From NCBI GenBank assembly GCA_963798915.1, contig CAWCVB010000002.1, forward strand, positions 480,001 to 544,000: a stretch of 64,000 bases of DNA, written 5' to 3'. Origin of the DNA: an uncultured Gemmatimonadales bacterium. GTDB lineage: Bacteria; Gemmatimonadota; Gemmatimonadetes; Gemmatimonadales; GWC2-71-9. The notes below the pieces were generated by a model, which did no database searches, had not been told where the DNA came from, and worked only from the letters and a program-made list of their open reading frames with translations. The translations under genes and the position numbers were made by a program. Positions 19,132 through 29,469 of this stretch are shown piece after piece. How positions within the stretch are numbered: position 1 is the stretch's first letter; each line of letters starts with the position of its first letter.

Positions 19132-20527
19132 TGCGCACCGGGCCCTGAGCGATGGGCTACGCGTACGCATGGTTTCTTCGGCCGCACGCCTGGCCGGTGT
19201 CGAACCCGGCATGACGCTGAGCGCCGCCCGGGCCGCAGTCGAGACGCTCGACGTCCGCCCTTGGGACGACCGTGCCATCACTCGCGCCGTCACCATGGTC
19301 ACGGCCCAGCTGGTGGGCCTGAGCCCGCAGGTGACGGCCGCCACCGGTGCGCCCGGCGTCTGGTGGATCGGCGCCGGCGGGTTCGAGAAGCTGGGTGGCG
19401 AACGCGCCCTGCTCAAGCGGTTGCTCGCGCTGGCGCAGAAATACCATCCGCGCTCGCGGGTGGCTTCGGCCGATACCTGCATCGCGGCCCATGTGGCCAC
19501 GATGCTCCGCTGGCCCAATGGTCGCTCGGCGCACCTGGTGCCGCCGGGCGGATCGGCACGCCTGCTGCGCCGGGCGCCACTCACGCTGATCCCCATGGAC
19601 GACGAACTCCGTGCCTCACTCCCGGCACTGGGAATCGTTACCGCGGGAGCCCTGGCGGCGCTCCCTGTCAGCGAGATCGAACGTCGCTGGGGTGACGACG
19701 GTCTTCGCGCCTGGCGGCTTGCGCGCGGCGAGGACGAGCGTCGGCCGGTGCTCGCCGCCATCGCGGCGGCCGCGGCCGTCACCGTGGAACTGCCCGATCC
19801 GGTCACGACGCTCGAGCCGGTACTCTTTCTGCTCACGCCCGCACTGGAGCGGCTGGTGCGCGACTCCGCCCTGAAGGGCGAGGCGATTGCCGCCGTGGTC
19901 CTGACGCTGACGCTCGACCGGGCACCGCCGCATGACCTGCTGGTGGCGCTGGCCCGGCCGGTGGCGCGGGCCGCACCACTCTTCGATCAGTGCCGGGCAG
20001 CGCTGGAAACGTGCAGCCTCGCCGCCGCGGTGCGCGCGCTCGCCATCACCGTGCGCGAGGCAGTGCCGCTGCCCGATGAACAGGGCGACCTGCTGCGTCC
20101 CACGTGGAAGGATCCCACGGCCATGGAAGGCGTCTTCGCACGGCTGCGCGCCGGGCTCGGGGCCGGCGCGGTGGTGCGACCCCTGTTGATGGACCGGGGG
20201 CATCGCGTCGAGGATCGCGCCATGTGGGCTGACCGGCCTGCCACCGTGGAAGTCCCGGCACCAGGAGCTGGCGCCGCTTCCACCCGGCTGCTGACGCCGC
20301 CCGTACCGGTGGCGGTGCGGCGCCGGCACGGGCGTCCCGCTGCTATCCGCTGGGAAGGACGTCGCTGGGTCGTGACCCATGCCATCGGCCCCGAGCATCT
20401 GGCCGGTGCGTGGTGGAGCCAGCCCTATGAGCGCGAATACTGGTACTGCGACACTCCCCGTGGCTCGCTGCTCGTGTATCACGCCCGCGGGACAGGGCGG
20501 TGGTGGGTGGAGGGGTGGGGGGACTGA
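19025..20527 (+). CDS. imuB: ImuB Y-family polymerase-like protein
   Basis: AARLAGVEPGMTL, LGI.T.G.LA.L, GPEHLAGAWW...REYW...WWVEGWGD C-terminus. Confidence 0.85.
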   Translation: MRSSWRVACVRIPRFPIGAVWSADVTHLPGTDAWDDAHRALSDGLRVRMVSSAARLAGVEPGMTLSAARAAVETLDVRPWDDRAITRAVTMVTAQLVGLSPQVTAATGAPGVWWIGAGGFEKLGGERALLKRLLALAQKYHPRSRVASADTCIAAHVATMLRWPNGRSAHLVPPGGSARLLRRAPLTLIPMDDELRASLPALGIVTAGALAALPVSEIERRWGDDGLRAWRLARGEDERRPVLAAIAAAAAVTVELPDPVTTLEPVLFLLTPALERLVRDSALKGEAIAAVVLTLTLDRAPPHDLLVALARPVARAAPLFDQCRAALETCSLAAAVRALAITVREAVPLPDEQGDLLRPTWKDPTAMEGVFARLRAGLGAGAVVRPLLMDRGHRVEDRAMWADRPATVEVPAPGAGAASTRLLTPPVPVAVRRRHGRPAAIRWEGRRWVVTHAIGPEHLAGAWWSQPYEREYWYCDTPRGSLLVYHARGTGRWWVEGWGD

Positions 20528-20533
20528 TGGAGA

Positions 20534-20675
20534 GTCGTCGGTCGTCGGTCGTCGGTCATCGGCCAATGAGGTGTGCCACTCGGACCGAAGCTCAGCCAAG
20601 CTCCAGCCTCTTCGGCCGCTCCGCGACCTCAGAGCGACAGTGCAGTTGACGACCGATGACCGACGACCGACGACT
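20534..20675. repeat. Inverted heptamer arrays between imuB and dnaE2
   Basis: (GTCGTCG)n ... (GACCGAC)n ending directly before the dnaE2 ATG. Confidence 0.85.
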
Positions 20676-23600
20676 ATGTACACAGAACTCCACACCCACT
20701 CCTGCTTCTCGCTGCTCGATGGCGCGTCCACGCCCGGGCGATTGGTGGAGACTGCCAGGGCGCTGGGATACCGGGCGCTGGCGCTCACCGACCACAATGA
20801 GATGGGCGGGGCGGTGCAGTTTGCCGAGGCGGCGCGCGAGGCGGGTCTTGGCGGCATCCTTGGTACCGAACTGACCGTGCTGTGGAAGGATGAGCTCACC
20901 CATCTCACCCTGCTCGCCGAGTCGCAGGAGGGCTACGCCAACCTTTGCCAGCTGATCACGAAGAGCCGGATGGAGATGCCGAGGGGCGAGCCGGCGGTCA
21001 CGCTCGAGCATCTGGCACAGCATGCGCCGGGAATCTTTGCGCTCACCGGCTGCCTCCGGGGCCGGGTGCCGGCGCTGGTCGCCCGGGGCGAAGAAGCGGC
21101 GGCGCGGGCCGCGGCCGGGCAGCTGATGGAGATGTTCGGCCGGCGGCTCGCCATCGAATGCTGGGACCACGGCCTGGAAGAGGAGCGCGTCGTGTTTCCC
21201 GCGCTCCGCCGCATCGCGCGGTCCCTTGATGTCCCGTGGGTGGTCACCAACGACGTGCACTATGCCCATCCCGACGAGTGGCGCACCCACGATGTGCTCA
21301 CGGCGCTGCGTCACCGGCAGACACTCGAGGAGATGGGGAGCAGGCTGCGGCCCAGCGGCGAGTGGTACCTCAAGCATCCGGCCCAGCAGGCCCGGCGCTG
21401 GCAGCATGACATGGATGGCTTGCGTGCGAGCGTCGAGATTGCCGAGCGCTGCGCCTTCCGTCTGGAGCAGCTCACGCCGGCGATGCCCGACTTTCCGCTG
21501 CCGCCCGGTGTCACTGCCGATGAATATCTCGCGCGCCTGGTGGCGCAGGGCGCACGCGAGCGCTGGGGCCATGCCATTACGGATGCGCACCGTCGCCAGC
21601 TGGTGCATGAACTCGCCATGATCAAGCGGCTCGACTTTGCCGGCTATTTCCTCATCGTCTGGGACATCGTGCGCTTTGCACGGCGAGAGGGAATCCTCTG
21701 CCAGGGCCGGGGCTCCGCCGCCAATTCGGCGGTCTGCTACTGCCTCGGCATTACCGCCATTGATCCCGTCGCCATGGAGCTGCTGTTCGAGCGCTTCCTG
21801 AGCGATGACCGCCGGGAAGCGCCCGACATTGACCTCGACTTTGCCCATCAGGAACGCGAGCGCGTCATCCAGTACGTATACCAGCGCTATGGCCGGGACC
21901 ACGCCGCCATGGTGTGCGAGCAGATCACCTGGCGCGGCCGCAGCGCCATACGGGACGCGGCACGCGTGCTGGGGTATTCGGCGGAAGAAGGGGAGGCGAT
22001 GGCGGAGATGGGGCTGGATGGGCAAGATGGGCGGGATGGGCAGGAGACGCATAGCGCACAGCGCACAGCGCTCAGCGTCGACCATCGCGGCCTCCCTCCA
22101 CGGCCTGCCCCGCCATCGCTCCATTCATGTGGGCGGGTTTGTGCTCACTCGCGAGCCGCTGGCCACCGTGGTCCCGATCGAGCCCGCCTCCATGCCGGAG
22201 CGCACCGTGATCCAGTGGGAAAAGGATGACCTCGATCCGGTCGGCCTGGTCAAGATCGACCTGCTGGGCCTCGGCATGCTCACCGCGCTGCAGGAGTGCT
22301 TTCACACCATCCGGCGCACCCGCGGCGTCTCGCTCGACCTCGCCACCATTCCGCATGGCGACATGGCGGTCTATGACGACCTGTGCCGAGCCGACACGGT
22401 GGGCGTCTTCCAGGTGGAGAGCCGGGCGCAGATGAACACCCTGCCGCGACTCAAGCCGCGCTGCTTCTACGATCTCGTGGTGGAAGTGGCGCTGATTCGC
22501 CCCGGGCCCATTCAGGGCGACATGGTGCATCCCTACCTGCGGCGCCGAGCGGGGACCGAGGCGGTGACCTATCCCCATCCCGCGCTCGAGCCGATCCTCA
22601 AGCGTACGCTGGGGGTGCCGCTCTTTCAGGAGCAGGGCATGCAGGTGGCCATCACCGCCGCCGGCTTCACGCCCGGCGAGGCCGACACGCTGCGCCGTGC
22701 CATGGGACACAAGCGCTCGCGCGAGCGGATGGCCGCCATCTGCGAAAAGCTGATCGCGGGGATGAAGCGCAACGGCATTCCAGAAGAGACGGCGCAGAAG
22801 ATCTTCAGCCAGATCAATGCCTTTGCCGATTACGGCTTTCCCGAGAGCCATGCCGCCAGCTTTGCCATCCTGGTCTATGCCTCGGCCTACCTCAGGCACT
22901 ACTACGCGCCGGAATATCTCGCCGCCATGCTCAATGCCCAGCCCATGGGGTTCTACTCGACAGGCACGCTCACGGAAGATGCCCGGCGGCATGGCGTCGA
23001 AGTGCGCGGTGTGGATCTGACGTGCTCGGTGTGGGACTGCACCATGGAATCAGGAGATCGGGGGCCGGCGGTGCGGCTCGGGCTCCGCACCGTGCGCGGC
23101 CTGGGTGCGCGTGCGCGGGAGGTGCTCGAGGCGGGCGCGGCGAACCATGCCTATGCCACGGTGCACGATGTGGTGCAGGCCGGATTTGACCGTCGCACGC
23201 TCCGCGCCCTGGCGGAGGCGGGCGCCTTCGACGGCATGTTTCCCGATACCCCTGCCCGCCGGCGCCGGCGCACGGCGCTTTGGGCGGTGCTCGCCGCCGA
23301 GCGTGGCGAGGCGGGTCCGCTGGCGCCGCCTGCGGCATCGGCCGCAACGGTGCCATTGCCGGCAATGACCGGCGTGGAACTCACGGAAGCCGACTATCGG
23401 ATGACTGGACTCTCGCTCGCGGGTCATCCCATGAGCCACCTGCGCGACTGGCTCCGGCGGAATGGGATTCCCTCGGCGGCGGAGGTACTCGAGGTCGCGG
23501 GTCGCGAGTCGCGAGTCGCGAGTCTCGTGTCTCGTGTCTCGCAGCCCGCGACCCGAGACCCGAGACCCGTGTCCATTGTCGTCGCCGGCCTCGTCATCTG

Positions 23601-23847
23601 CCGCCAGCGGCCCCACACCGCCCATGGGTTCGTGTTCGTCACCCTGGAGGACGAGACCGGCATGCTCAACGTGGTGATCCCGCCCACGGTGTTCGAGCGG
23701 CAACGGCTGTTGATTGCCAGGACGCCCCTGCTCATGGTGCGGGGGGAGCTGCAGGTCGAAGGACTGGTTGTCAACGTGAAGGCAGCGGAATGCGAGGCGA
23801 TTGATGCCAAAGCGGGCCGGCACGCGAAAAGCCATGACTTCCACTGA
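20676..23847 (+). pseudogene. dnaE2: Error-prone DNA polymerase DnaE2 (ImuC), split by a +1 frameshift in a repeat tract at about 22007-22077
   Basis: PHP motif ELHTHSCFSLLDG, GRGSAANS, PDIDLDF in one frame; GLPRH, KIDLLGLGML, FQVESRAQ, YGFPESHA, FVTLEDETG, SHDFH in the +1 frame. Confidence 0.92.
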
Positions 23848-24853
23848 ACCGGACCAGCATGATCCGGGCATCGAGGAAGCCACGCGCCGCGCCGAGACGC
23901 TGGCGGACGTCGACGCCGCGGCGATGACCATCGGGAAGGCCGAAGTGCGGATCGGTACGGCGGGATGGACCGACCCCACGCTCACCAGGCGTGGCGTGTT
24001 CTATCCGGCGGGTGCGGACAGCGCCGAAGACCGGCTGCGCTACTATGCCAGCCGGTTCTCGATGGTGGAGGTGGACTCCACCTATTACGCCTTGCCGGTG
24101 CCGCAGATGGCCGAGCGCTGGGTCGAGCGCACGCCGGAGGATTTCGTCTTCGACGTGAAGGCGCACGCGCTCATGACGGGCCATCCCACCGATCCGCACC
24201 GGCTCCCGGCGGCGCTGCGGGAGCAGCTCGGTGGAAGCGCCGATGCGCACCGGGTGTATCCCAAGGACCTGCCGGACGTGCTGCTGGACCAGGTCTGGGA
24301 ATATTTCCGCGACGCGTTGCGGCCACTGCATGAGGCGGGCAAGCTGGGATCGGTGCTGATGCAGTATCCGCCCTGGTTCCTGCCCTCCAAGCAGAGCGTG
24401 GCACGGGTGCTTGAGGCCCAAAAACGGCTGGCGCCGCTGGCGATTGCGGTCGAGCTCAGGAATGCGCGCTGGTTCAGCGAGAAGGTGGGGCCGCGCACGC
24501 TGGAATGGTGCGCCGAGCACGATGTGCCGCTTGTGATGGTGGACGAGCCGCAGGGTACTCCGCACAGCGTCCCGCGCCGGGTCGCGGTGACGTCATCCGC
24601 GCTGGCCATCCTGCGGCTGCATGGGCGGAAAGAGGAGACGTGGGCCCGCCGGGGCGCGAGCGTGGGAGAGAAATATCGGTATCTCTACGACCGGGACGAG
24701 CTCCGATCACTGGTGCCCGACGTCGAGGACGCCGGTCGCGAGGCTCGGCGCATGCACATCATCTTCAATAATTGTTACGGGAATTACGGAACCACGAATG
24801 CGCTGGAGATGTGGAAGGAGCTGAGCGCTGAGCGCTCGGCGCGCGGCGGTTGA
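23834..24853 (+). CDS. DUF72 family protein
   Basis: IGTAGW, VEVDSTYY, FVFDVKA, LMQYPPWF, AVELRN..W, RLHGR, FNNCY. Confidence 0.9.
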   Translation: MTSTEPDQHDPGIEEATRRAETLADVDAAAMTIGKAEVRIGTAGWTDPTLTRRGVFYPAGADSAEDRLRYYASRFSMVEVDSTYYALPVPQMAERWVERTPEDFVFDVKAHALMTGHPTDPHRLPAALREQLGGSADAHRVYPKDLPDVLLDQVWEYFRDALRPLHEAGKLGSVLMQYPPWFLPSKQSVARVLEAQKRLAPLAIAVELRNARWFSEKVGPRTLEWCAEHDVPLVMVDEPQGTPHSVPRRVAVTSSALAILRLHGRKEETWARRGASVGEKYRYLYDRDELRSLVPDVEDAGREARRMHIIFNNCYGNYGTTNALEMWKELSAERSARGG

Positions 24854-24861
24854 CGTACTCA

Positions 24862-25578
24862 TCACATCGTGCGCTTCGCTGCGGTCTGCTTGCCGCGCCG
24901 CCACAGGGCGAAGCCCAGGTACGATGTGAGCAGGAACACCACCAATCCCAATGGGGCAGCGGCGGACAACACGCCGATCCCCATGAGCATTCCCAGCGCG
25001 ACGAGCGCACTGAGCAGGCAGAACGCCACCCCAGCGGATGCGAGCCCGCGTGAAACGACGCCCGTGGACGTCGCCTCCGTGGCGAATGCGCCGGCGAACC
25101 CCAGAAATACGATCGCGTTGCCCACGTTGAAGAGGAACGTGGCGATTCCATTCAGCGCCGCAAACAGGCCCGGCTCGGTGTCATACGCCGTGGCGGCGCC
25201 CCGGTAGCCACCAAGCATGAACGCGTACATCAGCGACAGGAGCATGGCGCCGACGCCGACGGTGGTCCAGGCAAGCCCAGGCGACAGCGACGACCGGGCG
25301 GTCGATTGACGATTGTGCAAGACGAACCCAGCGATGGCGATAAGCAGCGCCGCGACCATCTCCACGAGCCACAGAACCTGGGCCAGACGCCAGCGTGCCT
25401 GCAGGTGCGATACGCGGTCCGCCAGCGTCACTGCCCCACCTGCGCCGGTGCCGTCGGGCTGCCCATAGAGGACCACGTAGGCAACGACCGTCACGGCGTA
25501 GCAAAGCGTGCCGGCAGCGAGCATTGCACCGCCGGCGCGTGACATCTCCGACTGGGAGTCATGGGTCGGATGTTGCAT
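24862..25578 (-). CDS. Multi-pass membrane protein (probable distal cassette gene; start uncertain)
   Basis: About 6 hydrophobic segments; same strand as the cassette array. Confidence 0.65.
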   Translation of the reverse strand: MQHPTHDSQSEMSRAGGAMLAAGTLCYAVTVVAYVVLYGQPDGTGAGGAVTLADRVSHLQARWRLAQVLWLVEMVAALLIAIAGFVLHNRQSTARSSLSPGLAWTTVGVGAMLLSLMYAFMLGGYRGAATAYDTEPGLFAALNGIATFLFNVGNAIVFLGFAGAFATEATSTGVVSRGLASAGVAFCLLSALVALGMLMGIGVLSAAAPLGLVVFLLTSYLGFALWRRGKQTAAKRTM

Positions 25579-25641
25579 TATCGTCCTCAGTGCGCCTGAC
25601 GTCACGACCCGCTATGCGGCCAATGCTCCGAAGCGGAGCCC

Positions 25642-25700
25642 ATGTCCAGTCTACCGATCGGGGTCGATCTCGCCAAGGCCGTCCTGGAGGTCGCCCGCTC
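25642..25700 (+). pseudogene. N-terminal remnant of an IS110-family transposase
   Basis: RBS GGAG plus MSSLPIGVDLAKAVLEVA (first catalytic Asp motif), then similarity ends. Confidence 0.6.
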
Positions 25701-25738
25701 ACGGGAGTCCAGCTGTGCGGGTGAGACGGCAAACCGCG

Positions 25739-26140
25739 TTACTGCGCGGGTGGGAGCTCGTCAGTCCACTGCTGTGTGAAGCGGTAACGGTACGAGAAGC
25801 CTTCGCTGCTCTCGCGCCACCCCCGGACCAGGATGAGCCGGACCGTCTTACCGGGCTTGATCGTCGGGCCCTTATCCCGCTTGCCACAGATCCCCCCGGC
25901 CAACTTGATGCAATCGTAGATCTCCCACGAGGTGATCGTGATGCTTCGGGCGGGGGATAGGTTCTTGACATAGATGCCCTGTTCACCGCCGGCACCGTCC
26001 TCGGCCGCCCAGAATGCGAGGAACTTCCCCGAGGCAGTGACCGGCGTCAGCACGGTGCTGTCCAAGGTCGGCACCCCTTGTCCGGCGACCAGGCGGGCTG
26101 TGGAGACCGCGACTGCGATGGCGAGCGGCAGTGCGCGCAT
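25739..26140 (-). CDS. Small secreted protein (cassette gene)
   Basis: Signal peptide MRALPLAIAVAVSTARLVAG; attC remnant (GTGAGAC, 25720-25726) just after the stop. Confidence 0.65.
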   Translation of the reverse strand: MRALPLAIAVAVSTARLVAGQGVPTLDSTVLTPVTASGKFLAFWAAEDGAGGEQGIYVKNLSPARSITITSWEIYDCIKLAGGICGKRDKGPTIKPGKTVRLILVRGWRESSEGFSYRYRFTQQWTDELPPAQ

Positions 26141-26233
26141 GCGGGGATGGCATCTGGGCATCGATCCAGGCCTTTCCAGTGTGAGACCACCCGCCATGGG
26201 CACGCAAGGAGCCATGGCGAGTTTTCTTGTTGC

Positions 26234-26367
26234 CGCTGATGACCGGCGCTTCAGCGGCGGGCCCTGTACCCGGCGCCAAACAATGTTCCGCTTCAGCCGC
26301 AGGGACACCAGTAGAGGCGGGACCCACGGCCGGCGAGTGGCCCGTCCGCTGCGAGCGCGGGTGAGAC
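26234..26367 (-). other. Degenerate attC site
   Basis: Arms GCGCTTCAGCGGCGGGCC / GGCCCGTCCGCTGCGAGCGC pair with single extrahelical bases; terminal boxes are mutated. Confidence 0.6.
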
Positions 26368-27188
26368 GGTCACTTGATGCGCACTGCGCAGAAATAGGCC
26401 AGTGTCGTCGGCACAACAGCGCCCCGGTATACCAGCCGCGAAAGCCGCGAGTCGTGGCCTCGATCACATCGTACGACTCGCCGTCCTGTCCCAAGACGCC
26501 TGTGATCGGTGCCGTCTCGGGAGCAGACGTGCCCAGGGAGCTGAGTCGACCTCGAATGACGATACCGCGCGTGAAGACACCGTCGTTAGCGGCCATTCTT
26601 CTTGACTCTGCAGGCGTGGCGCGCCGTACCTCCAGCCGATATCGTGTAAGCCGATCCGCCATGCCTGGCATCAGCTGTGCCTCCGTCAGCATGAACTGAC
26701 CCGTGGCGAGCGCAACCGGTACAGGAGTGCTGGATGTGGGTGGGATGTATAGTACGCCTGACTAGGCACCCCCGCCAAAGGCGCGCTGCGCGATGTTGGC
26801 TGTATCCCACTCGGCGTGCCACGATATTACTGGTTCCGAGTCCACCGGAGTGCATGCCCGCGGGACCTGAATGCCGCCGGCCGACTCTCGGGCGCTGCTC
26901 AGCGTCAGGTAGACCGTACAGGCCACTGTCAAAAAGAGACGATAGCTCGGCATCGAGTACCCATGTGAACGGTCTACCGCCAGGCGCTTCAGCTGCGGGG
27001 CGGCGGCTGCAGCGTGATTGAGTTTACCCAAAGAGGCCGTGGCCGCCGACAGCTGAAAGCGATTCCATCGTGGCCAATGCCCCAGGCGGGCGCACCGCAA
27101 GTACCGGAGATACGACTGCAGTCGACCCCGCGCCGTCGACAATCGAGTGAGCAGCTGAGCAGGTACACACCCGATGCTCCCTTGCGCT

Positions 27189-27899
27189 TTAGCGGGGCGG
27201 AGTCCAGATACGCGGGTTAGGCGGCAGTTCGTACCTTGCAGTACCGAACCTGCGCTCGAGGCTCTCTATGTGCTCAACATCAGTTAATCTGCTGATGGCG
27301 AGGCGAGCTGTCTCCAACCTGCCGACGCAAAACTGCATGCGATTGAGCGACATGACCGCCACGGTCTGTTCGCGTAGATAATCTATGAGTCCGGAGATGT
27401 GGAACACGCCCTGTGGCATCGGTGTCTTGAACTCCGCGTCTCCAGAAAAAACGACGACTGATCTGACCGCGTCGGGCGGTAGGAAGTCGAGACGGGCGTG
27501 TACCGCCTGAGCATGCCGGTTGTTCTGAATGAGCGGGTTCTGGAACCTGAACTTGTACCCAAACAGCAGTTGCGTCCATTTCGTGTCCCTCGCATCGGCA
27601 AAGATCCAACCGCGATAGTGCTTGGTCTCGATGACGAACACACCGAATAGCGACACGAGGACGTGGTCGATCTGGGTTGTGCCTTTTCCCCACTGAAGGG
27701 TGAGGTGGTTCATCAGGTGGTAGCCGGGCAGACTGAAATGTGCCTTCAACACGCTGGCAACTACCGCCTCGCCACGATTCTGGTACGTGCTGTTACGGCG
27801 TGCACGAAAGCGCCAGATGCCAAAGCCAGCAATAGCCGCGCCGAGGACAAAGAGTAGGGTTCGGTGGTCTTGAAGCCAGTCTAAGAGCAGTGTCGACAG
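27189..27899 (-). CDS. NERD (nuclease-related domain) protein, cassette gene; possible CTG start at 27899
   Basis: GEAVV...TQIDHVLVSLFGVFVIETKHYRGWI...FQNPLIQN; frame is open upstream through a TM helix; 3' end runs into the attC box at 27216-27222. Confidence 0.85.
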   Translation of the reverse strand: MSTLLLDWLQDHRTLLFVLGAAIAGFGIWRFRARRNSTYQNRGEAVVASVLKAHFSLPGYHLMNHLTLQWGKGTTQIDHVLVSLFGVFVIETKHYRGWIFADARDTKWTQLLFGYKFRFQNPLIQNNRHAQAVHARLDFLPPDAVRSVVVFSGDAEFKTPMPQGVFHISGLIDYLREQTVAVMSLNRMQFCVGRLETARLAISRLTDVEHIESLERRFGTARYELPPNPRIWTPPR

Positions 27900-27970
27900 G
27901 CGAGCACCTATCTCTTCGAGTAGTGATGTGACCGCGAGCCGCTATGGGAGGGCCTCGCGACCCTTCGGCA

Positions 27971-28069
27971 GTATAACGAAACGCAAATCGGCTGCGGGGC
28001 GGCGGCCGCAGCGGGATCGACTTTACCAGCGGAGGCCGCCGTCCCGGCTGCTGTATTTGCCTGTTAGAC
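27971..28069 (-). other. attC site
   Basis: GTATAAC...GCAAATCGGCTGCGGG ... GCTGTATTTGCCT-GTTAGAC imperfect palindrome; near-identical to 31278-31376. Confidence 0.85.
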
Positions 28070-28119
28070 AGCGTGTCAGTGCGCCATGGCCACCTAGCTC
28101 GCCACGAGCAAGGGAGCCA

Positions 28120-28899
28120 TCATGCACCGTACCGCTCCGCACTGAAACGCCTCCAATGTGTCCCTGTCCAGCGGATGCCAGTTGTATTCGACGTTGAGAC
28201 GAGCCACGCACCCGTGAGTGGCGATGGTAGCGTCGGAGCCGCTGGTGGCAACGCAGCTAGGTCGCCGTCCAAATACGATTGGACCGACCACGGCGCTCCA
28301 GCATAGTCAACGATCACGAAAGCCTGGCAATCAGCTGCGCCCGACCGCGCTAGCTTCGCAATGACGTCAGCCCGTTGCGGGGCGCTGAGAAATGCAGTGA
28401 TCCACTCTGGGATGGCTACTCCTTCGGTATCAACAGGGCCGCCTATGCCCTCCAAGGTCATGTGAACCTTGCCCTCGCCATCTACCCGGAAGCAGCTGAT
28501 GAACGTGATGCCATCACGATCGAGCACGGAGAAGAGCTCCGGGTTGGACCGATTCAGACGCCAGTCCACGTGGACCGCTGACAGCACGCCTTCATGTTCG
28601 CAGCCCTGAAGAATCGCCTCGAGACTTGGAGCAAGCCCCTTCATCTTGGCGCCCGGCTTCAGAATGACAGTCCAATCGCCCCGCAACGCTAGGGTCAGAG
28701 GGCCCCGCGCGGGTCCGATGTTCCAGGTCTCGGTCCGGACACCATCAACCGCGCCGACACATTCTATCGCAATGGCCGGGGAATCAACCGGGCCGATGCG
28801 GAGATCGTACATCGACGGCTGGGAGTTATCGTCGTGGACCACCACAGACTCTCGCAACTCGTTTTGGACGATGCTCTGCGCCCATGATTCGACGCTCAT
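28120..28899 (-). CDS. Hypothetical cassette protein, possible PD-(D/E)xK-like fold
   Basis: 259-aa ORF bounded by attC sites; DD...YDL...AIEC motif. Confidence 0.7.
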   Translation of the reverse strand: MSVESWAQSIVQNELRESVVVHDDNSQPSMYDLRIGPVDSPAIAIECVGAVDGVRTETWNIGPARGPLTLALRGDWTVILKPGAKMKGLAPSLEAILQGCEHEGVLSAVHVDWRLNRSNPELFSVLDRDGITFISCFRVDGEGKVHMTLEGIGGPVDTEGVAIPEWITAFLSAPQRADVIAKLARSGAADCQAFVIVDYAGAPWSVQSYLDGDLAALPPAAPTLPSPLTGAWLVSTSNTTGIRWTGTHWRRFSAERYGA

Positions 28900-29049
28900 T
28901 CGGAATTTCACTCCGATGCCCGCGACCCGCTGCCTAACGGATTGCAAATCAGCTGCAAACGACCTGAGACAACTTATGGTCCTTTGTGGCCACTGGGAGC
29001 GTCTCTTGCCGCGGCGCTTAGGCCTCTACCGCGTTTGTCGGCTGCATTT

Positions 29050-29469
29050 GCGCCTCTGAAAGTGCGGCTGTCAATGGGTGTACGTGCCCCTCGGACGGCC
29101 GAGCCGCCCTTGCGCTGCACCCACCGAATATGCCCACAGCTCCCTCAGATCCAAGCGCGGCACGAAGCCGGCTTCACGCGCCTCTACGGACGCCATGGTC
29201 CAGGAGCATCATGCGAAGGAGGTGGCCCATTCGGGTTACCGGGGGCACTGCCGACTACGCGCCTCTGAAAGTGCGGCTGTCAATGGGTGTACGTGCCCCT
29301 CGGACGGCCGAGCCGCCCTTGCGCTGCACCCACCGACTATGCCCACAGCTCCCTCAGATCCAAGCGCGGCACGAAGCCGGCTTCACGCGCCTCTACGGAC
29401 GCCATGGTCCAGGAGCATCATGCGAAGGAGGTGGCCCATTCGGGTTACCGGGGGCACTGCCGACTACGC
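29050..29469. repeat. 209-bp tandem direct repeat (two copies, one mismatch: A29128/C29337)
   Basis: Base-by-base comparison by eye; GC microhomology at the junction. Confidence 0.95.
29262..29463 (-). ncRNA. Putative seek/bridge RNA (second copy at 29053-29254)
   Basis: Contains TAACCCG (equals target flank plus CG core) and AGAGGCG (equals element end plus CG core), each followed by a stem-loop. Confidence 0.65.

Noticed and set aside
22007..22077. Intein or programmed ribosomal frameshift in dnaE2
   Set aside because: No intein terminal motifs and no recognisable slippery sequence; a repeat-unit change explains the shift.
25739..26692. Single 317-aa gene
   Set aside because: The ORF reads through a degenerate attC; it is better explained as a decayed cassette plus a separate 133-aa gene.
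29050..29469. ORFs of 146-309 aa over the duplicated region
   Set aside because: They are shadow frames of an IS noncoding end and the transposase antisense strand.
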